Positions 1 to 13,300 are shown, counted from the stretch's first letter. The stretch: DNA of 64,000 nt from Ramazzottius varieornatus (GCA_001949185.1 BDGG01000001.1:8750721-8814720); one strand, 5' to 3'. Program-made: numbers and translations. Notes: a model not told the origin generated them from the letters alone.

Positions 1-113
1 GTGGAATATTAGCAGGAAAAACAGACCAGAATAGCATGACGGAAGTGGCTGGACATAATGTTCTGGCGAATTTGTTCCTAAAATTAAGGGCCTTTTGGGC
101 GGTTTATTTTTAC

Positions 114-1007
114 CTGAGGAAAGCTGCAGAGCGCGCTAAGGCTCCATGAGATGATGAAGAGGAAACGGGTGGAAGGCATTCCTCGGCCATATCCTCCTCG
201 AAGTAGCTGCCGCACTTCCAGTAGTTTGTCCAGTGCGATGGCCGTCATGTTGTGAGCAAGGGCGTACAGTCCGAAGACTCGCAAGAACTGAAGCACTCGG
301 CAGCCGAAATCGCCCCCGCGCCATTCGATGGTCAAACGCCAACCAATCTCGATCGGAATCGCAAAGAAACAGACAAACAGCTAAAAAAATATAATTTTAT
401 CGTTAGGAAAAAAAACCGTGCTCCCACTTTTCGCGGGAGAAATATGTGGGGCTTCTGCCAACAATGTCGTCATTGTGATTTTTCAAGTGGCGCATGTTAT
501 GTAATTGACCGGAAGAGTGCGCCACTTAGGGAACAATATGGTCCTTTCAAGTGGCGCACTTTTCCAGCCAATAAACTGACAACATGCGCCACCTGAAATC
601 AATCTCGCCGAATGTTGGTGGCCGAGGTTCCAGATGACCTCGGACTTTTGCGGATTACTTACATTGGCGGTGACAATGTGAATCAGATGAACGTGGGTTT
701 TTCCATGATGATTCTTTCCAGCTCGGCGAAAACACCGGACGAACATGTAGCAGTTGGCCAAGATGCCAAAGACCAGTATGGCCGAATAAACAACGACGGT
801 ATAGTCGTGCGTCGGTTGGACGAGGTCCATCAGGTCGATGGACTCTTCTATGGCCACGCCATTACGGCGAATAGTCGTCAGGTTCTTGGACAAGACAATA
901 TGAGCGATTCCGTCTTGTGTGGTGGAAACAAGAGGGGTTCCGGCAGGCGCTCTCTCCCTACTATGCTCCTTTGCAGCTAGCTCAAGCCATGGTCCAGTGC
1001 TCGACAT
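114..1007 (-). CDS. Rhodopsin-class neuropeptide GPCR, GnRH/AKH/ACP receptor-like (5' part only; gene runs off the window start)
   Basis: Exon 1007-663 encodes the N-terminus, TM1 (ILVFGILAN) and start of TM2. After a GT-AG intron (662-381), exon 380-114 reads LFVCFFAIPIEIGWRLTIEWRGGDFGCRVLQFLRVFGLY...IALDKL...SWSLSALCSFPQ, typical of GnRH-superfamily TM2-TM4. Confidence 0.85.
478..627. repeat. Family A palindromic module, 2 units
   Basis: CAAGTGGCGCA...GTGCGCCACT twice; in GPCR intron. Confidence 0.85.
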
Positions 1008-1617
1008 ATTAATAATTTCGCTATTTTGCCGGGTATAGGATTCCCATCCGGTTAGTTAGCGGCACGATGGTGACAGACTCGTTGGTGTAGTGCGTCAATA
1101 ATACTATGTCATCAAAGAACAAGACGTCGCACCCTTATCGATGTAGTCAGCTCTCCGATTTCCCTTATTACGCGTTCAACACGCGGGTGGCTTACGGATA
1201 ATTCACCGTGAGCTGATTGTAGATTCACAGTTAAGAGTGAGTCACACACTTGGCTGAAGGCCTCTCTTAGAATTGTGAAGCGAAAAAGAGGAGGGTAATG
1301 AGAAAAGTGGAAATGGCAAGTGAGGAGGAACTTGAACTCATCGACAGATGAAGTTCCGTGTTATTGTGAGCACCTTCCAGCGCGATCATCATCGTTATAA
1401 TGTTAACTCTCGGTGGGAGGTTCACTGCAGCAAATGGAAAGAGGCGTACGACGGAAGCAAGTCTGTCGCAGTCCCTGACCGAGCTCTGATTACATGACCT
1501 ATACGCCAGTAAAGGCCGGTCCCTCATAGCCTGCCTTATGCAACGGGGCAACCATCTGGCTGCCGGTACAAGATACGTACCGATGGCTCAGGAAGAGTAT
1601 CGGTATACAGCAGGGAA

Positions 1618-1763
1618 TGTTTTCCCAAGTGGCGCAAGTTTTCACTGTTATTGGCTGGATGAGTGCGCCACTTGGGAAGACGATGTGGTTGAGTTTGATT
1701 GTTTTACCAAGTGGCGCACGCTCGTGGCATTACTGACTGGAAGTGTGCGCCACTTGGACAAAG
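1618..1763. repeat. Family A palindromic module, 2 units
   Basis: Two units with 25-nt spacers and 82-bp period; intergenic or UTR. Confidence 0.9.
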
Positions 1764-2033
1764 GACCTTCCCTTTTCCTTTTGCGGTGCTCCCATCTGGG
1801 TACATACTGTTGTTACCAGGAGGGAATATTAGATTGGGTGTTGCGTGTCGGCTCAGCGCGGAAAAAAGGAATCACGCTCTGCCGGCTGACAGGAGAAAAC
1901 AAGGGAAGGAAGCAAAGGTCGTTGCACATTTAGTCAACCGCTGCGGACTTGGAAGGTTTTACACTCTAGCTTACTCATGCTTCAATGACTCGCTCTAGTA
2001 TCACGCGAAAAATATTTATCGAGAGAACACTAA

Positions 2034-2961
2034 GGCTGGGTACATTTAGTCGACAGGGTCGTTATGAGTGACGAGGTCGTTACGAAGGACTTCGTAGACT
2101 TTGTGAACGCTTAAAGAAAGCTAGTGTGTGTGGTAGACGAGATTTCAGTCAACCACACGGTAAGCCACAATATTTTGACGAACCAGCGTTCACAAAGTAC
2201 GGTGGCAGATGCGATCAACCCAGCAATCGCAACCTTGCTAGTTAATTTCCGGCTTTGCTTTGCAGCTGCAAATTTTATTCTCTCATCCGTCCTCAGAAAC
2301 ATAGTCTTCCTTTCCGCTTTTCGTCTCGGTATTTCTCTTGTATTGTCTGGAAAACGTGGACGCGCTGCGATAGATCAAGAAGATGTAGAATCCGTTGAGA
2401 GAAATCCTTTCACTCCTGCCACAGCGCAGTTCTTGAGGATCATAAAGGCTGGTTCTGCTGCGGCGGAAGTTCGGCTATTGGACAGCTCACTGAGATTATC
2501 GGGCTCGGGCGGACGAAGAGATGATATCAGGGCCAACAAGAAACCCTCACTGGATCAAACTGATCATTAGAAAGCTCCATCCTTAAGTCAGAAGAGGTCA
2601 CAGGAGAAAAAAGAGAGCTCGGTGGAGACTGGAGAGAACAAAACGCACTACGAGGAATACTCTCAAGTGCTGGGTAGGAAGCTACTAGCCTTTCTTGGCT
2701 AGTAGCTGTGGAAGGCGCTTTATAATGGAGTTGGTTGGCTACGCTGGTTGCCTACCCCCATGCGTTCATAAAGTCGACGTAGTATGCAACAAGGTTAGTT
2801 GAAACGTGGTTGAAATGACTCATCTCATAATTTGTCGACCTTGTGAACGATTTTTGGGTTGTTATGTGCTACCCACGTCTGGGTTTGAAATAATCGCCCT
2901 TGTGAACGCAGGTTCATCATCATTTTCACAACGAGTAGCCTACCACTAAATGAACCCGGCC
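2034..2961. mobile_element. Non-autonomous TIR element, PIF/Harbinger-like
   Basis: TIRs GGCTGGGTACATTTAGT (2034) and ACTAAATGAACCCGGCC (ends 2961) match at 15/17. TAA flanks both sides (2031-2033, 2962-2964). Subterminal TTGTGAACG/CGTTCAC repeats; no transposase. Confidence 0.65.
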
Positions 2962-3085
2962 TAAGCATAGATACCCCGTCATATGTATGATCCGTCTAGT
3001 CTTTATTGCATGTACAGTATACGTAATCGACATCAGAATATTGCTCGGACGGCAGGATATTATTGTTTGGAAACCTTTTAGGCAA

Positions 3086-3298
3086 ATGGGTAGCGTCAAA
3101 CAGAAACCTAAAATCTCACAAGAATTCCAAAAACCGCTTTTCTTAGCCCATCTTGAAGAGAGGAAAGTTTGAAGTTTGGTTATACCATGCCAAAGACCGC
3201 TGGTAAAGAAAACAGAAACTCGATTTTCTAAAAATCTGAATAAATATAAGGTTCTGAAAAATTTAGGGATTTAGGGTCTCTGTTCGAGGCTACCCCAT
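3086..3298. mobile_element. MITE-like element with ~30-bp imperfect terminal inverted repeats
   Basis: Left end ATGGGTAGCGTCAAACAGAAACCTAAAATC versus reverse complement of right end ATGGGGTAGCCTCGAACAGAGACCCTAAATC; AT-rich interior. Confidence 0.6.
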
Positions 3299-4781
3299 AT
3301 GTTGTATTTACGGAGATATCCGTGGTATTTTATCTGAGTCACAATTTGGGCGGCTAAGATCCTATAGGCTGCTGTGCGCGGAAGTGAGGGCGCAGGTCGG
3401 GTTTCCTTCCATACAGCTATCAGATTAACCAGGAGCAGACCGTCTTTCCCTACTAAACAAGCTGGGGAAGACAGTCAGTTTCCACATGGAAATTGGCAGC
3501 AGCTGAACATTCGATTCTTGTAATCGGATGTTTTTCACTTTGGGCAGCTGCGCACTCTTCTTCCCAAACGGGTCGCGGCAAATTGAGCAGAGGCGGCCAC
3601 CTGTGATCGTTAGATCAGACCAAAGGGAGTCCCTAAGGTGGATACAGTCGTGCAGAAGTTGATTCTAATTGCCTCTTCCAACCCAAGGTACATTGCGGTA
3701 TCGGGAACCAAGTTCCAATTAATTATTTAATTCTCCAAAGATGAGAGGAGGCAGTATCAGAGTACGCATTGTCGATTAGTTTGTCGTGCGATGAGGCAAA
3801 GCGGCATTCTTCTGACAAGACATCCGATCATAACAGGATAGGCCATTTATTGGAAGACTCGTGCAATGTCACATGGCACCTCTCTAGCAAATTTGGCTGA
3901 CCGACAAATTAATGCCAATTTGGCTATACAACCAACCCTTCAACTTAACCTAGTTCACGTCTGCCCTGATGAAGAAGTACAACAAGGAAACCTTGCATTC
4001 AAACGCAGGGAAATCTTTTCCGATGGAAAGACAAAGTTCATGTCTGCGATTGGTAATTCAGTGAGCGCGCGGCATCTTGGTCAAAATTCGCCCAAGGAAG
4101 ACCTACCAGTGGCACTCTTTCTGTTAGTGGGTCGACGGGCAAAAGAAATGCTTGTACAATGAAGCGCTTCAGACAGCACCTCCTCCCGCCCGAATGCTTT
4201 CATGACTGAAGGAAAGGACGTCAAAACAACTTCCCGCATGAAAGTTGATAACTAAACAGCGCTCTCTTAATTCCGTCCTGTTTACCACCAACGCCACTGC
4301 AACGCGGCGCGCGGGCAACCGGAAGTCAATTCATGGTCTGTGACTGCATTAAGGCTTTGTGTACGTGTAGCATTATTCTTGTGATGTGATAATGATGATG
4401 GCTACAGATTTGTCACTAATGTACGGTATGCCGGGAAGGCCACCACGCAGCGCCAATTCCTTCTCGTTGCCCTCCCTTGGCCGCCCTTCTCTCTTTCCAG
4501 CCTGATGCAGCATGTAGGACCCAGCTGTCAAGAGCGGAAATGACAGCCTTGGGAAACAAGGAAGGCACCATGTCCAGGAGCAAGTCAAGCAGTTGACGAC
4601 GGCACAGAGAAAGAAAGCCGGCTAGAGATTAGCGGAGATGCTACAAAAGGGGGTTACATCCGTCTCTTCTACACATCTCAAAAACTCGTCGGTCACGACC
4701 TTATCAGCAATTCTGTCAGTGCAATAAGAAGGCATCGAAGAGGCGTATCATTGAGGGAGGACAGGATGGTAGATGGATCAT

Positions 4782-7700
4782 CTATCCATTGAGCTTAGCT
4801 TGTACTAGGCGCATCTTGATGACATCGTTGGCCGTTAATTGCTGCGGCTCGTAGACCACCACTTCTTCCTCCTCCTCCTCGTCCAAGACTTGGCCTCGTC
4901 CATCTTCGTTAGTGTTGGACCTCACTGGCTCCAAACTGTCGGCATTCCTCGCTAGCCAGTTTTCCGTGCTCAAGTAAACTTTCCTCAAGTGGCCCTTAGC
5001 ACCGTCGCTGCTCCTTTGGTACCCGCTAGTGAACTTCGACCGGCTACCCTCCCACTTCACCTTAGATGAACGCCAAACCAAAGAGCCTAAACATCAAAAC
5101 CAAGATCTTAAAAACACACATCAAATCGGAAAGTAAAAATAACTACAATGTTATGTGGCAGGCTCGGCAAACAGACTCGGCAAGATCTTTTCTGGCAGTG
5201 GCGCACTCGTCCAGCCATTAACACTGAAGAAGTGCGCCGCTTGGCGAAAGAATCTTGTCGAGCTGCTAATTTTGCATAAAATGAGATCAACTTTACGCTG
5301 TTGGCCTTTGGTCAGCAGTCTCTTGGAGAAGTTCCTCTGAGTGTCCATTCTACGTCGAAGGTGCCTTTTTCTCTTGAGGTTCTTCTGATAGACGTCGCTG
5401 AGTCTGTCTAGTTGATGGCTGGGGCGGACATTGTTATCGAGGCTGATGGAAGTCTCGACCAGTGACGCCTCCTGTCCCTCCTCATCCCTTCCAGGTCCAC
5501 TTTCCACATTTCTGCGAGCGGAAGTGCGACTTAAGGTCGACATGGCTTGGAAGACAGCTTTGTGGACCGCCAGTCGACGACTTTGAGCAGCTGCTTCTTC
5601 TACACAGACAAAAACAACATCTGGAAACTAAAACAGCCAGCAAACACAACGAGACTCTTTTCCCAAGTGGCGCAGCTTTGCTGTGCTGTTGGTTGGAAGC
5701 ATGCGCCACTCAGAGGAGCAATCTCGCCAAGTTTGATTACTTTCCCAAGTGGCGCACGTCTTCGGTGTCTATATATTGAAGCGTGCGCCGCTTTTAGAAA
5801 GAGTCATGATGGGATTGTTTGCGTAGTTCCTGTCTCAGTTATTCTCTGTTTACTTTTAATTTATTTTCTGTTGTTCAACTTGAACTAAAAAATGTTTATG
5901 TTGAATTCAATCAGCAAGAAAAAACATTGGGTAAGTGAATAGGAATAATGGGGACAATCTTACGAGCTTCACGGACAAGGACCCGCTGGGTTTCAGGGAT
6001 CATGGCGCCGTAGACCATGGCGGCCACGAAGGTCTCTCGTTCTTGTTGGTTCAGTCTGCCAGCAGCAAGAAAACGCATCAGCAATGAAGCCTGTAAGTGG
6101 ACAAAGTGGAAGTGGGCAGTCATTACTTACGCAAACTGTAAACTATCACGGGCTTTCATCACTTGTTTTCTGGCGTTCTTCTCCATGGTGCTTTGTGCTT
6201 CTGCACTCACGAAACGCTCCATTCTTACAATGGCAGATTCGGCGGTACGTCGTGCCGAAAAGCGGTGGCCAGCTTGAAACTGTATGGGACAAAGAAAAGA
6301 ATACGGCACGATGAATATGCCGTGGGTAAAAAACTCCAATTCACCTGGTAGCAGGTTAACCATTACAAAGTTTCAGAAAATTTTAAGAATAGAAAGATCG
6401 GTTGTAAACTCTGGTTGATATTTTCGTGATATTCTTGAGAGTTTTGAGAGTTGAATATTACAACTGGTTTTTAATTGCGGACCTGTTGAACAGTTCGCTC
6501 TGTTTCACAGCGCCGTCTGTATTCCTGTTGGCGTCTTCCGGCTTCCTGTGCTTCGCGCATCCTACGTTGGGTCTCGGCATACCTTCTCAGGCGGTCAATC
6601 TTTGTCAGTTCGATATGGCGTGACAGCTCCAGATGCTTTTCTTGGAGAATCTTGGTACCGCGTTCCGCTTCGATGCAGCTCAAAAAACTGTCGATGAAGC
6701 GGCACTACAAAGAATAAATCAACAAAAGCCAAACTTCAAAAGACTCTCACTTGACGGAGTAATATGGAGTTGATATTTTGAAAGTAAAGTGATATTTCCT
6801 TTTGTTGAAGATTTCAGCGACTTACTCTGTATTGATAGAAGAGCAGCACTCGGGCCTGATTGCGGTACTCCACGTAACGCCTGCTCATTTCCGTCTTGGC
6901 TTGAGCGGTCAATGCCACGTTGCTCAAGACCTCATCGATCAAGTTCTGCTTTAGCTCCGTTCCCTTCTGGATCTATGGTAAACATACGATAAGATTCACC
7001 CATCAAAGCGTCACTCGGCATTCGCTCATTCAAGTAAATCATGATTGAAAGCTCGGCATACTCGTACAGGATTATTTTCCAAAGTGACGCACACATTCAT
7101 TGTTATAGACTGGACGCGTGCGCCACTGGAAAAAACGATCTCACCGAGCTTGTCTTTCCAAGCGGCGCACTGTCATTGGCTGGAAGCGTGCGCCACTTGA
7201 GAAATCTTGCCGTGTTTATTTGTTTATGACCCGTATTTAACAAATGGAACAAGCGAGTAGAAATGGAGGTATTTGAATGTTAAACATCTTCAACCTCGGT
7301 TTCTGTTCGTGTCTTTACTGTCTGCTCTAACAATGGATTAGACAGGGACCCTGGCGTCCCTGTGAGAGCAGTGGGAATGCAGTATCATATTCGGGGAAAT
7401 ATACCTTTTTCTGTATTCCTCGACCACGAACGACTTTCTGGATAATGACAGCTGCTCGGAAGGCGGAAAGTCTGTCCATGTCAATGGGGGTAACACGTAA
7501 CATGTCCAACCTTCTCTTGCTTGGCGGTACTGGTCGTAATAAGGCAGGTGGTAATTGTTTTTTTCGGTGGTTGTTCAAGTCCACCGTCGAAACTCCATAA
7601 TCCTTTTCTATAAAGGGAAAAACATTCAAAACCAAAGGAATATATAATAATGGCCGGACAGAATTTCTAAAGAAAAGATGAAGAATATACATGGAGAACA

Positions 7701-9991
7701 AAAATCTAATGGAGTTCGTAAAATCAAAGCTGGCTGCGCAAAAAATTAGTTTACCGTCGACAGTGAAGGAAATATGGTCAAAGCGCGCCGCTTCTTTATA
7801 CTTCCTTTTGATATAGCCCTTGGGCCCATAGATGGACTGCCGCAAGGGCAAGTAGATGTCGGCTCGCAAGTGTCCAGGTTGTAAATTGCCAAAGACTTGG
7901 GAGTAGCCTTCCCATGTGTCCATGTAAAAGTCCGGCTGGTTGTCCCATGTCAAACCAGCCACAATATCCCCTTTCCTCTGAAACGGTACGTAGCGTCGAG
8001 CTTCCCAGTCAAAGACTTCGGGTACTTGGCGCAAGAGCTGGGCGTCAGGCGGGTGTGTCTGCCACAGCGACATCTTCCGACCGGTCATCCGCTTCGTCCA
8101 CTGGTGGAACCGCCGCCCTATCAACATCAAATATCTTCATATCTTATTGAAATTTCTCCATTACTTTTGCCCTCTACACTTGAAATTCTTCAAAAACGTT
8201 TGTTGTTTCTCCACGAAATACTTCTGGAATATCGGTGTAAAATAAAACGAAATAAGTATATGGGTGAGAGTTTGGCATACGGATTTGACATGATCGGTTC
8301 CCGGGTGTCGCACGCCTGCAGTGTTTTCGGCTGGCGGCGTGCGTCACTTGACAAAAGGATCTTATGGGGTTTGTGTGCCGAGGCCTCAGTTAGTTCTTCT
8401 TCCTTATACATTTCAGAGAGGTAAAAATTGTGATGGAGATAGGACTTACATACATATGTTGACATCGTACCAGACAGTGGCCATTTCTTGGTTGAAGCGT
8501 TCATCTTCACTCTTTACCAGCGCTTTCTGCGCTTCGCTAGTCCGATAACGCAGGTAGTCCTGGCTGTTCTGGATACATGCTTTAAAGGAGCGAAATCTGT
8601 TGTTCATAGCTCTACAAAAGAAGAAATCCTTGACACCGTAAAAGAAACTGGCAAGGACAGCTGCTACTGACTCTTGAATTTCATCGCCCAAAAAGGCCCA
8701 CTTGTCCTTTTCCAACTCCTGGAAATGCTTCGTCTGTTTATAGGGGTCTTCAGCCGAGGCAATGGACAGCTTGGCAATGTCCTGCCTCATTTTCTGCCGC
8801 TGGACACCACGTTCAATCAGCGCCCTGGTCTTTTCCGTAAAGGGCTGGGCGTGTTGGGGGTAGATGGTGTCGAAGTCCTGGAAGGCCTGGCGCAGCTTGT
8901 CGCCCAGCTCAGTGGGCAGTGTCTGCGCCGACTGTGTGCGGTAGATGGTCTGACAGCCGACACTGCGTGTCTCCACTTCAGCGGGCAGGTGGTCCTTCTG
9001 CTCGTCGGTGCGCGAGACGTTGTGCGGGTCGAGGCGCGTCTCTTTGTCTATGTCGAAGTAGCGAGCGGGCCCCAGGTGGTCGTTGGGTAGGTGAGGCCGC
9101 TGGTAACTCTGCCAGCGGTCCGTGCCGCGCGCTCTAACGAGCAGGTTCTGCACCGGCGCATCTTTAGGCCTGCCAACCAGCAATAAGAGTCCTTGTTATT
9201 ATAATCATATGTGGCTTATTCGAGCTATGAAAGAAGGATTTGACTGTACTTGGGATATCCATAGTCCACGTGACTTGGATAGCTGAGGTTGTCGCGCGCT
9301 TGGTAATATCCGGCAGCGAACTTGGGCAAGCAACTGAACATGTAAGGGAAAACTGGTACATATACCTGTCAAAAAACAACGAGACACCGTTTTGTCAGAG
9401 AAATTAAATATGATGTTATACAACCGCTGTCAGAAAGTCGCCACATCGATGCTGCCTATATCGCGTCACGATGCCATTTGACGAAACACAAAAAGTGATG
9501 TGTAGTGAATCTGAGCTGCCTGACGGAATCCTCTTACAGTCATTTTCCGGAATCTAATCGTTGTGATAAAAGTCATGGGACTAAAAAGGTGGGCGAAACG
9601 CCACATTTTTCCACCTTCTATTCTGGCAACCTTCTTCAAAGTTTGAACTGTTGGCTACAGGCTGGAAAAAAGAATGCTTCCCCATAAGGCTATCCTAGCG
9701 ATTTGGCAAATAATCAGGAGTGGCGCTTCATGATAGGCGTATTTAATTATTCATCTACAGTATAAACGCAGCAGCGTACCAAATGGCAAGCTTGACTTTT
9801 GGCCTGGACCTTGCTCTTGAGGTAGAATCGCTGGCTGCTGCAATGGCTGATGGGATCTGCAAAAAAGCAAGAGACAGTTGGCAAGTGGCACAAGGAATAA
9901 AGTTGGACTGTCAATCCTGCTTACCGTACAGGAAGTCCAGTGGGCGTTCCCTGGTGGCGCGTCCGAAATGGTGCTGCGCCATCGTCGTCAT
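4782..9991 (-). CDS. CFAP91: Cilia- and flagella-associated protein 91 (MAATS1/AAT1-like, radial-spoke calmodulin-binding), multi-exon
   Basis: Spliced exons give MTTMAQ...RPLDFLY|DP, VPVFPYMFSCLPKF, TRSVGCQTIYRTQSAQT, ELEKDKWAFLGDEIQE, IQ-like AAVIIQKVVRGRGIQ, QRRMREAQEAGRRQQE and FVAAMVYGAMIPETQR, colinear with the CFAP91 motifs I recall. One internal junction near 8450 is unresolved and the C-terminal exons are less certain. Confidence 0.8.
5161..5264. repeat. Family A palindromic module, 1 unit with cap
   Basis: GGCTCGGCAAACAGACTCGGCAAGA cap and 25-nt spacer; CFAP91 intron. Confidence 0.9.
5635..5825. repeat. Family A palindromic module, 2 units
   Basis: TTTCCCAAGTGGCGCA twice, 83-bp period; CFAP91 intron. 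Confidence 0.9.
7050..7222. repeat. Family A palindromic module, 2 units
   Basis: AGCTCGGCA cap and two arm pairs; CFAP91 intron. Confidence 0.85.
8295..8386. repeat. Family A palindromic module, degenerate
   Basis: GTGTCGCAC...GTGCGTCACTTG and GTTTGTGTGCCGAGGC end; CFAP91 intron. Confidence 0.7.
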
Positions 9992-10079
9992 GTTGGCTAG
10001 CGGATGGCAGTTATCCAACGGAACCCTGACGGGCTCTAGCACAGCACTTTACTCCATCTCACACAACACTCACACAAGT

Positions 10080-10261
10080 GTCGCTATGGTAAAACAACTT
10101 CCGGCCTCATGGCCCGGAAATAAAGCTAGAAGAAATGCACAGCCATATCTTATCCAATAAAAGTATGGTATCACCTCTAACGATCAAGAAGTAGCAGAAT
10201 ATTCGTTGCAGCAGTAGAAAAAATAAAAAGCGATTAAAAAGGGAATGATCTCCATGGAAAC
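10080..10261. promoter_or_regulatory. Two RFX X-box motifs upstream of CFAP91
   Basis: ATCTCCATGGAAAC (10248-10261) fits RYYNYYATRRNRAC. GTCGCTATGGTAAA (10080-10093) has one mismatch. They lie ~260 and ~90 bp upstream of the CFAP91 ATG. Confidence 0.6.
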
Positions 10262-10345
10262 AAGCAGCCAGTTCTACGCGGCCTTCTGCTTAGTATCCAC
10301 AGAAGGAAAGATTAGATATATTGATATATTTCGCCGCCTCATAGG

Positions 10346-13300
10346 TTACAGGTCCTTCGGCTTCATCATCAGCCAAAGCAGCGCCATGCGGACATAGACG
10401 CCATTCTCCGCTTGCCGGAAGTAGGCCGCACGTGGATCAGTGTCTAGCTCCTCCGAAATCTCCTCCAACCTGTCATGAAGGATAGTCAAATATAAGTGTT
10501 CGATGTTCGATATCGGCTTCAGTGCTCACTGCTTGATTTTATCTACCTGGGTAACGGGTGGAGAATTCTCATCTTGGGACCTTCTCTCGTTTCTTCCCTG
10601 GCCAAGGCCATCAGCTGCGGTGTCAAGATAAAGTTACCACAAGCTGCTTTGTACTCTTCCATGCTGGTGAACCTTTCCTTTTGAATCCTGGTCATGTACA
10701 ACACATCCGTGTCGGGTAGAACTTGTTCCAGCGTTTGGTACTCTTTCTGGGCCACTCCGCGCTCCGCCACGTACTTGACGATCTCTGCAGGCATGCCCAG
10801 CCCCTTTGGTGCCAAGTAGCGAATTTCCTTCACTTTATGGAGAGTCAGCAGCTTGGCCAAGGAGTGGACAGTTCGTCCGTTCTTCAAGTCGCCAACCAGC
10901 GTGATGGTCAGGCCTTTCACCGTACCGATCTCATCGCGAATGGTGAACACATCCAGCAATGCCTGCGTGGGATGCTCCCCAGTCTGAAAACAAACAAAGC
11001 ATGTCGCAGTCGATTCGCCATGCTGTCGCTGATAAGGGAGCTCGGTAAACAAACTGGACAAGATCATTTTCCCCAGTGGCGCACCACTTCAGTCATTGGC
11101 TGGGAAGGTGCGCCGCTTGGGAGAAACGACAGCAAGTTTCCTCTCCCAAGTGACGCACCCGTTCGGTGTAATTGGCTGGGACCGCGTGCTACTTCGGAAA
11201 ACGAGTTTGTCGGATTTGTTCACCTAAGTCCCTTTATAATGTTTACAGCACTTACGCCATCTCCGGCATTGATGAAGGGTCTGGAGCAGCTTCTCGAAGC
11301 TCGCTGAGCCGAATGAGGTTCTGGATGGCGCATGACGATGACATCGGCGTAGGTTGACATGACGGCCATGGTGTCCTCCAACGATTCACCTTTCTCGGCC
11401 GAGCTGAACTGTGAGTGCACGGGCACCACTGTACCACCGAGCCTGTCAAATACAAAAGTAACCATTATATAATTTTTCATTCAAAATGCACATGGATGGC
11501 GAACCTAACGATTCTTGCAAGAGCCTGCATACACCCGTGCAAAGAAATAACAGCGAAGAATGTATGCAGGTTATTCCGAGCACTGTATTCCTGCCTTCTT
11601 CCGGTTAAGCTCCTCTCCAGTACTTACCTCAACATGGCAGTGGAGAAGCTGCAATAAGTCCGTGTACTGACTTCAAAGAACAAGCTGCCCATGACTCGGC
11701 CTCTCAGCCTTGCCGTCAAGTCATCCCCGCGCTTGACCATCTGTTTCATGCGGTGAGCTCCCTCGTAGATCTCATCGACATGGTACTTTTGGAACTGCTC
11801 GACACTGACCACATGGAATGGAAGGCCACGTTGTCCAGAGGGATTTGGCATCCGCACAACTGGCTGCACTTCTTCCACCACGATCTGCGGAGCATGGTCG
11901 GCTCTGGAGGAGACTCGCCGTTGGCGCTTATCGTCAGCTGAGGCAGGCCGTTTGTGCACTTCTTGAAGCTTGCCAAGTAGTGTGTTGTCAACAGGCGTCA
12001 AAACATCATGCGACCAACCATTGCTCAAGCCAACGGCTGGTGTACCGTACGACTCGCCATTGGTCATGGCTGATTGCTTGCCATTGACCATTGGCGCGTC
12101 GCCAGCTCCACCCACCATTTCCACTACAACGGTCGGCACATCGATCCTCGTCTTGGCCGCTTTTTCTCTTGTCGGCACTTCCTTGTTGTATTCCCGCTCG
12201 TTCCGCACATCTTTGCCGAAGCCGGGTTGGACCACGACGCTTCCGTTAACGAAGACGTCGACTCCACGAAGCGTCACTCTTTGTACCTTGCCACGAACAG
12301 CCATGCCGGCGAAGGGTGTCCACTTGGCTTTGGAGAACTGGGTTTCTGCGGCGATGACCCAGTCTTCATCCATGTCGACTTCGACGGTTGTGTCCCATTG
12401 TTCCGGTAGGCCAAAGATCCTCTTGGGGTTGTCGTGAAGCTTTTCCTTGATGTCGTCGAGGGTGAGCCGTCCTTCGTTCACCGCATTCAACAACAGCGGC
12501 AACATTGTCTCCAAACCTACCATCGCAACAAGTTCTAGTTTCCAGATAGCAATTCTTAGACATAATTCTGTTTTTCTGATTCGCAGACCTAATTCTGTCT
12601 TTTTGGGCTTTGGTTCCATCAGTGAATTCCAATTTCAACTTTGAACTTGGAATTTGGGCGAGAAAACTGGACAAGATCGTCTTTTCCCAGTGGCGCACAC
12701 CTCTGGCTATTTGTCTTCAGAATGTGCGCCACTTGAGAAAACAATCAAACTCGACAAGAACGCTTCCCAACCGACGCACACCGCCACAAGCACTCAAAAT
12801 CTGCGTCACTCGAAAAGAATAAACTTGCCAATTCTGGTCGCCGAGCTTTATTTCCATCAACTTTATTTTACGTGCCTGGGAAGCCCGGTGGCGAATTCTT
12901 GCTTGTCTTCTCTCCGACCAAATGGGGCGCATGGTCGGTGGCGAAGCAGTCGATGACCTTCATGTTGTCCCACAGAGCATCCTGGTCTTCCTTGCTCTGT
13001 AAGGGCGGCTTGACGCTCCTGAACTCCTGCGGGACATCCTCGGCCGTCAAGAAGAGGTGATGCGGTGTCACTTCACACGTTACTTTCAGGCCTTTCTCTT
13101 TGGCTTCTCTAATGAGCAGTATTTCATCCCTTCGACTGACATGACAAAAGTGGACATGCCGTCCGTAGAGATGAACGAAGAGCAACACGGCGCCCAAGGT
13201 GTGTCCTTCTGCGTGGACGCAAATCGGTCTACTGGACGGCCATTTGACAAAATGGCCCTTCCACAAGGACATGTCACTGAGCTCCAAAGTGGAAAAGGTA

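Noticed and set aside
3300-4760. Coding-like sequence and short ORFs between the MITE and the CFAP91 end
   Set aside because: Multiple stops in all frames and no motif I can recognise; it may be a decayed element but I cannot support a call.
12558-12606. N-terminal extension of ORF 11624-12619 ([18 protein letters not shown])
   Set aside because: It is a ~27-bp tandem duplication inside the CAD intron 12517-12875; the true exon starts at 12516.
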